This document shows positions 1-9,592 of a stretch of 64,000 nucleotides of DNA, piece after piece. The position numbers and the translations under genes are program-made. Within the stretch, counting starts at the first letter, position 1. Each line of letters opens with the position of its first letter. This DNA comes from Candidatus Moraniibacteriota bacterium (lineage in GTDB: Bacteria > Patescibacteriota > Minisyncoccia > Moranbacterales > UBA1568): assembly GCA_016699385.1 (NCBI GenBank), contig CP064974.1, positions 890,617 to 954,616 of the forward strand. The letters run 5' to 3'. The notes under the pieces were generated by a model. That model had not been told where the DNA came from. It saw only the letters and a program-made list of their open reading frames with translations, and did no database searches.

Positions 1-204
1 CTTCGGGAACAAAAAAAAGTCCCGAAAGAAAAAGAAGTCCAAATCCAAAAAATGTCGTCACCAATTTCATAGTCGCAGTATATCACAAAACCAGAAAACA
101 GAAAAAAGAATCCCCCTGTCAAGAACAGCGCTTTTTTTTGCAAGAGGAGATGCAAACAAACGTTTTTGAAACTGGAACAATGAACATTCCTCACAAATTC
201 GCCA

Positions 205-236
205 AACCAAAACGCCCCCGACAAAAGTGTCGGAAG
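205..236 (-). terminator. Putative rho-independent terminator downstream of the pilin-like gene
   Basis: Hairpin CCGACA-CTTT-TGTCGG on the minus strand followed by a G/T-rich run, just past the stop of the 266..646 gene. Confidence 0.3.
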
Positions 237-265
237 CGCTCCAGAAAGAAACCTTCGAAGAATTC

Positions 266-646
266 TTAGATGCTCGAATTCGAACTCGCATTGAGCCACG
301 AATCCACAGCACTCACGATAACATAACCGATAAGTGCGACAATAACGCCCATGATAGACGCCATCAAAGCACCCTTTGCATTCCCAATACGCTTTTCGTC
401 TCCCGCAGCGGTGAGGTACATGATACCAGCGATTACAAAACCGACAATCGCAATAAAACCCAAAATCGCGAGGAGATAATTCATCGTTGTATGGATGATG
501 TCATACACGCTCGCATTCGGCGTGCCACCACTCTGCGCATTACTGTCCCCGGCAGACCACTGTCCAAACGCTACCATTGGAACCGTCACAAACGTGACGA
601 TAAGCGCGAACGCCCCGATATTTTTCAAAATAAGTGATTTCTTCAT
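266..646 (-). CDS. Small secreted two-helix hairpin membrane protein, VirB2/TrbC-pilin-like (paralog 1)
   Basis: Start chosen at MKKSLILKN with a GGAGGTG RBS 7 nt upstream. Signal peptide, then two hydrophobic helices separated by the charged loop TAAGDEKRIGNAKG. The ORF-track alternative start at 694 would add 16 aa. Confidence 0.6.
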   Translation of the reverse strand: MKKSLILKNIGAFALIVTFVTVPMVAFGQWSAGDSNAQSGGTPNASVYDIIHTTMNYLLAILGFIAIVGFVIAGIMYLTAAGDEKRIGNAKGALMASIMGVIVALIGYVIVSAVDSWLNASSNSSI

Positions 647-731
647 AATATTTCTCTCACCTCCTTTCTGTTTTAATATTGAGCATTTATCCATTCATCA
701 TTCCCGCCTTCGCGAGAATAACGGGAAAATG

Positions 732-1001
732 TTATGCAAAAAATTTCGCTATTGCTCGAACCAACACCAAGGCTCCTAGCCCAATCGCGACACCGACAAT
801 CGCCCATGAGAACGACTTCTTCGCCATATCGAGTCGCGCCGGACTCCCGCTTGCTGTGAAGTACAAAATCCCCGAAAACACTAGTGCAATTATAACAACA
901 AACCCAAATATCGACAACAAAAGGTCAAGCATACGAAAGAGCGCCGTCGCCAAAGTCGGCGCATCATCAATCACTCCAGCAGCTTGTACAATAGGAATCA
1001 T
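732..1001 (-). CDS. Two-helix hairpin membrane protein, VirB2/TrbC-pilin-like (paralog 2)
   Basis: 89 aa with two TM helices and the loop TASGSPARLDMAKKS, which shares the [TS]A[SA]G..(I/L).AK motif with its neighbours. Confidence 0.55.
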   Translation of the reverse strand: MIPIVQAAGVIDDAPTLATALFRMLDLLLSIFGFVVIIALVFSGILYFTASGSPARLDMAKKSFSWAIVGVAIGLGALVLVRAIAKFFA

Positions 1002-1021
1002 AATAAGAAGTACGTGGAAAA

Positions 1022-1744
1022 TTATAATCCGTATTGTTTATTCCTTCTCCACAATTTCACAACTATCCATGCGCCAATGCCAACCAAAACCAGCACAACA
1101 ATCCCAATAATCAAAACAACCACATTCGTCCCACCAGAAGTGCTCGCCACCGTACCCGCCGTCACAACAGGAGCCACCTGAACACCGCGTAAAAGCACTT
1201 CTCCCGACTTCGGATCTTTTATTACATCATTGTTTTGCTTCAGTAGTTTCTGCGTTTCCGGACTGAAATGTACAGCTGTTCCGACACAATCAGGAATGCA
1301 GGTATTCATATTCTCCCCATTCTCATACTCACAGATATTATTCTCATTGCACGTAAGAAATTGGGAAAGATCTTGAGACAGTATAGGAGCACTTATGCCC
1401 GATCGATATACCGCAAGCGAACGAGCAAAGCTCAAATACGGCGCATCAAAAAGAAAGGCACCGTCAGTATCGGGACTGAAATTCTTATGAGCTATTTCTT
1501 CTCCATTTTCAAAAAGAAACACGAGGGAGAAATCCCCGCCAGCACCTTCATCAAAAAATTCTAACGGATTCAAATTCTGGTCAGGATTTACTTGAACAGG
1601 GATACCTTTTGATTCATCAAATATCAGTCGATTCGACCCTTTGTCATACTGAAAGTGTATCTGATAAATAGAAGCATCTGCCCGAGATAATGGGAGAAGC
1701 CCAAGAAACACACTCACCAAAAAAAATACAAAGATATTTCTCAT
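1022..1744 (-). CDS. Secreted hypothetical protein with C-terminal TM anchor
   Basis: N-terminal signal peptide (MRNIFVFFLVSVFLGLLPLSRADA), four Cys in the middle, and a C-terminal hydrophobic anchor followed by WRRNKQ. Confidence 0.6.
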   Translation of the reverse strand: MRNIFVFFLVSVFLGLLPLSRADASIYQIHFQYDKGSNRLIFDESKGIPVQVNPDQNLNPLEFFDEGAGGDFSLVFLFENGEEIAHKNFSPDTDGAFLFDAPYLSFARSLAVYRSGISAPILSQDLSQFLTCNENNICEYENGENMNTCIPDCVGTAVHFSPETQKLLKQNNDVIKDPKSGEVLLRGVQVAPVVTAGTVASTSGGTNVVVLIIGIVVLVLVGIGAWIVVKLWRRNKQYGL

Positions 1745-1771
1745 AACAAATTTCAGAACGTCAAAAACTCA

Positions 1772-3367
1772 CTACTTGCAGGAGCTTGCGTACTCGGAAA
1801 CTCGATCACAATAGGACTTTCCGCTCTGGATCTCCCCACAATCATACCATTTTCCGCCAACATTTCTCGGAGAAATATTGCAATGATACCCTCTATTATA
1901 GCATCCTGCCAAGCTTTTCAATCCATCGATTGTACAATCTATGCGCTTAGATGAATCATCTACACATTTAACATTATGCGAACTCTTGAATCCTGAAGCT
2001 ACCTTCGCACCGCAAGCGATATCCTTATTAACATCCGCCTTCATTGCATCGCAACTAGAGAATCCGCATAACGCTTTGTAGTTACTTGGCATGGTCTGTG
2101 AAACACCACATGCTCCCGTCGGAGAAGACGCTTTCGAACACGTTCCCGTTTGTCCATAATGCTCTCCTGCCTGAAGAATTGCCATATAGTCATTCGCCGG
2201 CATAAATGTCTGATTCTGCACAGCCGCCTTCACAGCGGGGTCATTTGCGCAAGCACCAGTTCCACAGGTCACTGTTCCTCCGCCACCACCCGGCGTTGAT
2301 CCACCACCACTCGTTGCACCGCTAATCCCCGATCGCACATACTTTGACTTTGCATCACAGCTATAGGTAAACCACGATCCATTCGTCTTGAAGGAAAATG
2401 CTGCCGTATCCGTCCCCAAGGCACCATCCGCGAGCACCATGAGAATCACATTGATAGCGACCCATCCCAAAAGCACGATAGCAAATCCATAAAGCGCCGC
2501 CTTGATGCCGCTCTTCGCAAGACTAATCATCTGCGTATTCCCCGCCGAGACAATATAGAGTATTCCCATCGCCACCAAGACGGCGAAGGCAATATATGTC
2601 ATCACCATGAAAATCCAGCTCGTGATATTTTTCATGAGCAAGAAAAGATGGCACAGCGTGCAAATCGCCGACTCGTCCACGTCTCCCGTACTTGGATCAT
2701 CACAAGATCGCCCACATGGGACAATGCCGGAATTTGCCGAAGAACATCGCGGAGCAGTTGATGGATCGACCTGCGTCTTACAGCACGTTTGCCCCGTAGA
2801 ACAGTCAAATTGCCCAAGTGGCGTCCCCGCGCAAGACGTAACCATTTCACAGGTACCTCCCTGATCTTCAACGCATTTCTCTGTTGTAGTCCCAGCAACA
2901 AAACAACACGCCCCTCCACCCGCACACCCCGTCGCACCCGTGAGCGCCGTTCCCGACGAACATGTAGCACTAGCCGAACACGTCCCCGACTGCGTTGCGC
3001 CACTTGCATCCTTGCCAGAACAAGAAGTAGAAGGTGGCGGAGCCGTCGTCTTGCAACAAGCCGTTGTATTATCAGTACAACTCTTGGTAATATCCACCCC
3101 GCCTGAACATGAAGTTTGGCAATTAGTTGTCGGCGTACAGGCACCACTCGTTGGACGAGGAACACAGCACGTTTGAAATGTCGGACAGTTTGACCCTCGT
3201 ATAAACGTCTCCGTCGCTGTATTACAAGGATTTATACCGATTGCGCAATGACCACTCAATTCACTCACACAATCAAATGCCGCCCTTGATTCGAAAGAGA
3301 ATCCAAAAATCCCTGAGAATACGAAAATCCCCAGCAAGAAAAAAAAGTATTTCTTCAAAATTCCCAT
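1772..3367 (-). CDS. Large Cys/Thr/Gly-rich secreted protein with an embedded VirB2/TrbC-like two-helix hairpin (paralog 3)
   Basis: Signal-peptide start MGILKKYFFFLLGIFVF at 3367 (the ORF could extend to 3487). There are more than 50 Cys in low-complexity T/S/G-rich segments. The central segment IFMVMTYIAFAVLVAMGILYIVSAGNTQMISLAKSGIKAALYGFAIVLLGWVAINVIL has the same hairpin and loop motif as the two small neighbours. Confidence 0.6.
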   Translation of the reverse strand: MGILKKYFFFLLGIFVFSGIFGFSFESRAAFDCVSELSGHCAIGINPCNTATETFIRGSNCPTFQTCCVPRPTSGACTPTTNCQTSCSGGVDITKSCTDNTTACCKTTAPPPSTSCSGKDASGATQSGTCSASATCSSGTALTGATGCAGGGACCFVAGTTTEKCVEDQGGTCEMVTSCAGTPLGQFDCSTGQTCCKTQVDPSTAPRCSSANSGIVPCGRSCDDPSTGDVDESAICTLCHLFLLMKNITSWIFMVMTYIAFAVLVAMGILYIVSAGNTQMISLAKSGIKAALYGFAIVLLGWVAINVILMVLADGALGTDTAAFSFKTNGSWFTYSCDAKSKYVRSGISGATSGGGSTPGGGGGTVTCGTGACANDPAVKAAVQNQTFMPANDYMAILQAGEHYGQTGTCSKASSPTGACGVSQTMPSNYKALCGFSSCDAMKADVNKDIACGAKVASGFKSSHNVKCVDDSSKRIDCTIDGLKSLAGCYNRGYHCNISPRNVGGKWYDCGEIQSGKSYCDRVSEYASSCK

Positions 3368-3419
3368 AACAGAGAAAACAAAATGTCTCACATTGCAAGT
3401 GGCACCATCACACTTATCA

Positions 3420-4829
3420 TCATTTCCTTTCCACCTGACCAATCCGGCTTTCAGCAGTCGAGAGCGATTGATTGATAGTTGCTTCACCGAGATTAATGGA
3501 CGTAATCATATCGGCCAAGATTTTCTCGATACTTTCCGGATCAGATTGCTTCCAGTTGCGTGTGATGAGGTTGCCATCAGCAAACGGTCCGAGAATTGGG
3601 TCGGTTTTTTGCTTTTCCACCAAGTCACGGCGAGCTGCTGGTGCACCGGTTTTCTCGAGATAGGTCGCCGCCGGGTCAAATGTGCTTGTAAAATCTTTGG
3701 CATTTCCGGTAATCGCATTTTGCAAATGCACCGTGCCTGTTGGCGGAAACGCCGCATATTTCAAGAACTGCCATGATTCAAAAGTTCGTATCTTGTCAAA
3801 AAGCGCCAAATCTTTCGTTCCCGCTGGAGCCGTCTTGTTCTTGGCAACGACAAATCCCCAGTAGTTTGGGAAATTAAAGGGCTGCGCCCCCGTTGACTGT
3901 GGCAAGGGAGCTACGGCAAAATTCAGTTTCGAGTTTTTGCGCTTGATGGTGTCATAGTGCCATGAATAGTTTATCATCATTGCCGCTGTTCCCTCATAAA
4001 ATGCGTCTATTGAGTAGTGCATACGCGGATTCCACGTGTAGAGCGACGAGGTCGGATTGGCAAACTGCGTATAGAAGGTAAGCGCATTCACGCCTGCCGC
4101 CGCATTCAAGCGGAGATCGCGTCCATTCCCGCGCGGAACCAAGACGCCATTTTGTAAGAGGAGTGCCGAAAGCACATCCGTCGAACGATTAATGTTCCCC
4201 GCTGTCCCGAGTGCCGCGCCTGATTGCGTAATCTCACCAAACGAATTGATGCGTGTGAGGAGTCGCACATCATCCTGAAACTGATCCCATGTAGCAGGAG
4301 GCGCCGTAATACCCGCTGCCCCCAAAAGATCCTTGTTATAGTAGAGCGCGAGCGAATCCGAAGAGAGCGCCACACCAGTAATCTTCCCCTCATCCGTCAC
4401 GAAGTCATCGCCCACTGTATCAACAAACGCATTCCGATAACTTCGCTCATCTATGAGTGTATCGGGCGCCATGACAATCTTGTCGGCAAAAGCGGGCGTC
4501 CACGAATTTCGAATAAGGAAAATATCCGGACCATTCCCCGCTGCAAGCGCATCAAGAAGATCCTGCCGATACGTATCAACCGCGAGCTTCCGATACGTGA
4601 CATTGCCTACATTCGGATTGAGATTCTTGTATTGCCCAATAACCTGACGGAGTGCTTCTGAATCATCAAAAATCCCCCATATCTCGAGGTTCATCTTATA
4701 AGCTGTATCCGTCTGTCGGAGTCCGCATCCGGAAAGCAATAACACTATCGCACCGAGAATCGCTCCTGAAAAAATTCTAGCAAGAATCTTCTTCATACCG
4801 ACATTTTTATTTTTGATTCCCTTTTTCAT
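3420..4829 (-). CDS. ABC-transporter extracellular solute-binding protein (family-1, sugar type) lipoprotein; orphan with no permease/ATPase adjacent
   Basis: 469 aa with lipoprotein signal LLSGCG. The overall sequence resembles periplasmic sugar-binding proteins. Alternative start MKKILARIF at 4796. Confidence 0.75.
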   Translation of the reverse strand: MKKGIKNKNVGMKKILARIFSGAILGAIVLLLSGCGLRQTDTAYKMNLEIWGIFDDSEALRQVIGQYKNLNPNVGNVTYRKLAVDTYRQDLLDALAAGNGPDIFLIRNSWTPAFADKIVMAPDTLIDERSYRNAFVDTVGDDFVTDEGKITGVALSSDSLALYYNKDLLGAAGITAPPATWDQFQDDVRLLTRINSFGEITQSGAALGTAGNINRSTDVLSALLLQNGVLVPRGNGRDLRLNAAAGVNALTFYTQFANPTSSLYTWNPRMHYSIDAFYEGTAAMMINYSWHYDTIKRKNSKLNFAVAPLPQSTGAQPFNFPNYWGFVVAKNKTAPAGTKDLALFDKIRTFESWQFLKYAAFPPTGTVHLQNAITGNAKDFTSTFDPAATYLEKTGAPAARRDLVEKQKTDPILGPFADGNLITRNWKQSDPESIEKILADMITSINLGEATINQSLSTAESRIGQVERK

Positions 4830-4882
4830 TTCCGTAGAGACGAAAATTTTGCATCTCTACAATTCAACGCCATTCCCACCTA

Positions 4883-5452
4883 TCACTTCTGACACACGAG
4901 AGCATAGTGATAGTCCCCCACCAATACATCCTTGACCGGCGAAAATCCTCGTTCGGAAAGCATCTCGATAAGCTTCTCTCGCGAAATACGAAGTGATAGC
5001 TCCGGTCCAAACGACGCTTCCGTGTTATTCCACTCCATGATAAACAAAAATCCGCCCGATTTCAGTACGCGATATGCCTCCCACAGCATTGTTTCCTTGC
5101 CCTTGTTCTGAAAGAGCACATCTTTCATAATCACCCAGTCAAGGCTATCATCCGGCAATCCCGATCCACCCTCTCGTTCCAAATTCACCCGCTTTGCCGT
5201 CACATTGGACAAACCCAATGCCTTGGCGCGACTCGCAACCGCCTCCAAAGATGACGGCAAAATATCAAGTGCATATACACAGCCCGATTTCCCTACTGCC
5301 CTCGCAAACGCAAGAGAAAAGAATCCCGACCCGCACCCAAAATCCGCCACCGACGCATTTTCCAACGCATCAAGCTGTTCAATCACCTCTTCCGGCTTCA
5401 CAAAGTTATTCGTCAGCGTTGTTCCCATAAAAGAATCCCTCAATGAAGACAC
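4883..5452 (-). CDS. Class I SAM-dependent methyltransferase
   Basis: DFGCGSGFFSLAF glycine-rich SAM-binding motif; 189 aa. Confidence 0.75.
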   Translation of the reverse strand: MSSLRDSFMGTTLTNNFVKPEEVIEQLDALENASVADFGCGSGFFSLAFARAVGKSGCVYALDILPSSLEAVASRAKALGLSNVTAKRVNLEREGGSGLPDDSLDWVIMKDVLFQNKGKETMLWEAYRVLKSGGFLFIMEWNNTEASFGPELSLRISREKLIEMLSERGFSPVKDVLVGDYHYALVCQK

Positions 5453-5556
5453 GAGCGTTTAACGCAGAAATGTGCCAAACACGCATATCTAAATAGTTGC
5501 AAAAAGAATAGCCTCATTGTACAACAGAAACACCGAGTCAACAAACAACTCGAAAT

Positions 5557-5672
5557 GGAGAGGTCGCAGAGTGAGCAAGTCCCCGCCGAGGCGGGGCTGG
5601 AAAGCGAGCATACCGCATCAAGGATTTGCCCCAGTATTCGCGGGGCGTCCAGTCGAATGATTGGACGAATCC
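5557..5672 (+). pseudogene. Degenerate tRNA-Ser-like element (pseudo-tRNA / tRNA fragment)
   Basis: Its 5' end GGAGAGGTCGCAGAGTG is near-identical to the intact tRNA-Ser downstream, and GGAAAGCGAGCATACCGCA parallels its anticodon/variable arm. It has extra insertions, a 10-nt T-loop-like GTCGAATGAT and no matching 3' acceptor strand. Confidence 0.4.
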
Positions 5673-5763
5673 TTCTGTACGAAGAGAAAAGAGTATTTCC
5701 CGAAGATAAGAGAAGCAACCTCTCTTGAGACAGCAATTGCGAGATGTTCCACAATCAAATCAC

Positions 5764-5848
5764 GGAGAGGTCGCATAGTGGCCGAGTGCACTCGCTTGGA
5801 AAGCGGGCATACCGCAAGGTATCGAGGGTTCGAATCCCTCCCTCTCCG
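5764..5848 (+). tRNA. tRNA-Ser (anticodon GGA)
   Basis: Acceptor GGAGAGG/CCTCTCC, anticodon loop TTGGAAA, long variable arm ATACCGCAAGGTAT, T-arm GAGGGTTCGAATCCCTC. Confidence 0.85.
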
Positions 5849-6036
5849 CAACGAACAAAGTGGGTGAAGAAGGGAGGAAGGAAGCCAAGTACTTGGCTTC
5901 CTTAGGGATGAGAAAGGCGGAGCGATGTTTTGCGAGTGCGCGAAACCGCAAGCCAGGGTCGACCTTGACATAGAGGGTGTTTAACACTATAGTCCTCGCA
6001 GCACATTCCCAAACCCAAACGAGGAGGATCGAAAAG

Positions 6037-6501
6037 ATGACAACGAAAGTTTCTGTTGAACTACACATCGAGCAGGTTCGTGATGGCAGCCACTACAATG
6101 GCTACATGAAGATCGCTAGCACTAAGCTCGACTATGAGCTCGTGTTCGGAGTTCCGATCGCACAGCTCGGCAGCATGGAGCCCGCCAAGGACGAGAGCGA
6201 AATTCGGCGACTCTTCCAGATTACAGTGAAGCGCGACGCAACGAACGTCGAGCTCACGAAGGAAGAGTACGGCTTCTTCTTCCAAATGCTCGTGACGCTC
6301 GCGATGGATTTCTACAGCAATCCGCAGACTCGCGACAGTCAGGAAGGAATGATAGGTCTGATACTCAACGGAAGAGGCCTAATGGCCGGCTTCGGCGTTT
6401 CAGCCTCGATCGGCATGACAAGCAAAGGGTCGTACAACTTCCCGCCGGAAATCTGCGAGATGTTGAGCGCTCCGAAGTTCGGCTGTGCACTGCTCGCGTA
6501 G
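6037..6501 (+). CDS. Hypothetical protein (compositionally atypical, GC-rich third positions)
   Basis: Start MTTKV with a strong GAGGAGGA RBS. Codon usage visibly differs from flanking genes. Confidence 0.55.
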   Translation: MTTKVSVELHIEQVRDGSHYNGYMKIASTKLDYELVFGVPIAQLGSMEPAKDESEIRRLFQITVKRDATNVELTKEEYGFFFQMLVTLAMDFYSNPQTRDSQEGMIGLILNGRGLMAGFGVSASIGMTSKGSYNFPPEICEMLSAPKFGCALLA

Positions 6502-6989
6502 CGAATCGGCACTTTTACTACCAGAGAGCTCCCTACAGACATGTTCTGCTCGGAGCCCTTTTTCAATACCACCAAACTCGAATGGGAACCACCTCGGTCG
6601 CCGCGAAGACGGAGAAATGAGCGACAAGATATAAATGCAAATGATAGACTATGAATAACTCACTCTGGAGGATGAAGCAACGAAGTAAGACAAAAATTTC
6701 CTTTCCATTTTTTGCGGCTCCCCAGACATCCCTCGCCGAAAATGGATAGGTAAGGAAATTTTTGGTTTTGCTCACGCGAGGTACGAGCGTGGCCGAGGTA
6801 CGTACGTCAGGCGTACGAGTTAGTCTTAAAGCTGTCACCCACTTCGCACGTGCAAAGTGAGTTCGCGCAAAGGTTAACACATCACCACATCTGTGAAATA
6901 TCAGCCGCACCCCCTGCTTTTTCAAGTATCTGGTACGGCTGTTTTAGTTTGTACTAAGCCATATTGCCATTTACAGTGGCGGCGTCCAA

Positions 6990-7028
6990 AAGGACAAAAG
7001 AAAAAGGCTGATCTTGGTGAATCAGCCT
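6990..7028 (-). terminator. Rho-independent terminator of the 7074..7997 gene
   Basis: On the minus strand: AGGCTGATTCACCAAGATCAGCCT hairpin followed by TTTTTCTTTTG. Confidence 0.6.
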
Positions 7029-7073
7029 AATGTTGCCCTGTGTAGAGCAGAAAGTTAAACAATCTCGTGAGCA

Positions 7074-7997
7074 CTATTCTTTCATCACGATGCGCTCTAC
7101 CTGTCTGCGTAGTTGGATCAACTCATGGGTAGCTGGTCCCCAATTTTGAAGGAAAAGCCTTGGATGGAATTCAAAAATGAAGGGGCATTTCGTCTCTCCC
7201 ATAATCTCAACCACACGAACAAGGAAGTTTGCAGGATCGCCTTTTAAGAAACCATCCAGTTCTTCCCGATCGTTTCTTCGCTCGGGTTGGAGTTGAACTC
7301 CGATGAACCGTGTCTTGTTCCATCTAATCCATGTCAGGATTTCTTCGGTAGTGACGCCCTCGAATTTGCGGATGTGATGAGTATCTAACATCAGCGGCAT
7401 TTTAAGGTCAATCAGATCGTTAAGTGAATCGGCATTCTTTGGCGAAGTTTCCTCTGCCGATGTGGCACTGTCCGCCAAAATTCCACGAGTATCGATTTGA
7501 AGCGCGCGAGGATAGTGACGAGACAGATACAGCAACGCCTTCCATGTTCGCTTTCTCCTTGCAGAGAAGAGAATCAAATCGAAGATAGGCCAGTAACCGT
7601 CTATTTTCATGAATATCCAGTGAAGCCGTCTCGGATTGAGATACCATGGTCCCATGCCATCCTGCGCTTTTTCATGAGGAAAGGCTGTTTCCAAAGAGAT
7701 CACCTCGACGCTTTTTGGAAGTATCCACGAAAGTATTGATACCCAAAAACAACGAGTGGGGGTGAGTTGTACGCCCATGTCGGCCCGTTTGATTCTTTGG
7801 AAAATACTCCAATAGCCGAAAACCGGGATGAGGAAACGAGGGAAAAAGGACAAAACAGAGATACCAACACGCGGCTGTTCGCTACTGTGGTGTTGCATCT
7901 GCAAACTCCTCTGTAACTGACGTCTAAATTTGGAAGTTACTGTGTCTCTGCAGTCAATCAGCGATACAAAGGGAATACTGACAACAGGACAATCCAT
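7074..7997 (-). CDS. Hypothetical protein (possibly membrane-associated at the N-terminus)
   Basis: 307-aa ORF followed by a clean terminator. No family recognised by eye. Compositionally similar to 6037..6501. Confidence 0.5.
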   Translation of the reverse strand: MDCPVVSIPFVSLIDCRDTVTSKFRRQLQRSLQMQHHSSEQPRVGISVLSFFPRFLIPVFGYWSIFQRIKRADMGVQLTPTRCFWVSILSWILPKSVEVISLETAFPHEKAQDGMGPWYLNPRRLHWIFMKIDGYWPIFDLILFSARRKRTWKALLYLSRHYPRALQIDTRGILADSATSAEETSPKNADSLNDLIDLKMPLMLDTHHIRKFEGVTTEEILTWIRWNKTRFIGVQLQPERRNDREELDGFLKGDPANFLVRVVEIMGETKCPFIFEFHPRLFLQNWGPATHELIQLRRQVERIVMKE

Positions 7998-8499
7998 TTG
8001 AACATAATTTTAGATCCGTGTCAATGATAGCATATGCATATGTTTTTTCAAAAATTTACCGTACGATCATAGGTACTTGGTGGAGTACTGGATATTGAAG
8101 CACATACGTTCTCACTTCGTCCCACCCCTTCCGCCAATAGCAGATAGCACGAGATTTAAGTTTATGGATGCCTCTAAAAGAAGAAGGGGTCAAACACTAT
8201 CAATGCGGTGGGTGTTTTTTTGTTGCTTTGCCTGATACGTTTTCCAGCGATGCAGCACTGATTAAGAAATCATTAACGAAGTAAGATTTTTGAAAAATAA
8301 AATTGAAAAGTTTGTATACATCTCCTGACGCAATGTATACAAACACATATACTTTGTATACCTTACAGTAAAGATGCCAGCAAACTATGCAAAATATTAA
8401 AATTGGCAAAAATATAGAACAAAAAGAGGGCTTCAAAGCATTTACTCTCAATCCCTTTCCAACAAGAGAAAGTTTTATTTTTGAGCCAAAAATCTTGAA

Positions 8500-9309
8500 A
8501 TGATTAAACCTCATAAACCAATCGACGAAGAAGAATACAAGAATCACCCAGTTTTCTCCAAATTGGATGAAATATTGATTTTCTATAAAATGCTATCATT
8601 TTCAGTATTTGGCCTCTTAAAACAAGGGGCTGGAGCGACTTGCAATTTCAATATCGATTCATACCTTTATTCCTCAGTCCAAGGAACAATAGAATCTATA
8701 AAATACATACTTAAAAAAGGCCGAATTAACGATGCCTATGCTCTACTTAGAAAATACTACGATTCATCAATTATTAACGTTTATTCCAATTTATATCTAG
8801 CCGATAATTTTACCTTAGAAAATTTTGTTGTAGAAAAAATTGATAATTGGTTGAAAGGAAAAGAAAAACTGCCCGAATATAGAATCATGTCTCAATATAT
8901 CCAAGGGTCAGAAAAACTCCGTAAGATAAATGAAGTGCTATACAGGGATGATCGATATAAAGAAATTCGAGATCGGTGTAATGATCATGCACATTACAAT
9001 TTTTATCAGAATGTCCTACTTAACGACAACGAGATATACCTGGAAAACAACATAGAAGCACTAAGTGTTTTTTTAAACGATATCGAACAACTTTTCATTC
9101 TGCATTTAGCATATATATTTTATCTCAATGGGCACTACATGATGTCTAGCGATTACACAGACTGCTTAGATATTGGTATAACTCCTCCAGAAGAATCTCA
9201 GTATTACGTTGCTCCATTTGTACAGAAAGCTTTTGATGATTTTATAAAAGAAAAAAGATTAGATTTAGCCGAAACTATAAGATTAAGTACAGAAATGAAG
9301 TTAACATAG
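8500..9309 (+). CDS. Hypothetical protein in a strongly AT-rich islet; possible HEPN-like R-x5-H motif (RDRCNDH)
   Basis: 269-aa ORF with markedly lower GC than its surroundings. Rich in N/K/Y/I. The motif is only suggestive. Confidence 0.5.
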   Translation: MIKPHKPIDEEEYKNHPVFSKLDEILIFYKMLSFSVFGLLKQGAGATCNFNIDSYLYSSVQGTIESIKYILKKGRINDAYALLRKYYDSSIINVYSNLYLADNFTLENFVVEKIDNWLKGKEKLPEYRIMSQYIQGSEKLRKINEVLYRDDRYKEIRDRCNDHAHYNFYQNVLLNDNEIYLENNIEALSVFLNDIEQLFILHLAYIFYLNGHYMMSSDYTDCLDIGITPPEESQYYVAPFVQKAFDDFIKEKRLDLAETIRLSTEMKLT

Positions 9310-9592
9310 GTGTTTTGAGCTACAGGCATTCACCTATTTAATTCTCCTCTGCTCTTCGCCTAAAACGGAAAACAGAATCGGATTTTTCCTTTGTAAGGAT
9401 AATTTCTTTCAGAAATCAAAGGAAAACATGTACATCATATAACATGGCGTACCTAGTTACGGCTTTTACATAAAAGCTTCCACCTATATTTACCTCCACT
9501 ACACCACGGCAAACATCAAATATGCCGATACGTTATACAAAATTCTGCCCTGCTTGTAGAATATATTCATCATTTAAATTTAAGAAACGTTT

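Noticed and set aside
2632-3165. Plus and minus overlapping ORFs inside the Cys-rich gene (2607..2864, 2632..3165, 2789..3106, 2940..3176)
   Set aside because: Arg- or Pro-rich low-complexity translations of the opposite or alternate frames of a GC-rich repetitive coding region; no independent support.
5557-5672. Functional intron-containing tRNA-Ser or tmRNA
   Set aside because: No 3' acceptor strand complementary to GGAGAGG within a plausible distance. The T-loop-like region has 10 nt. There is no tmRNA-type tag ORF or CCA end. Called a pseudo-tRNA or fragment instead.
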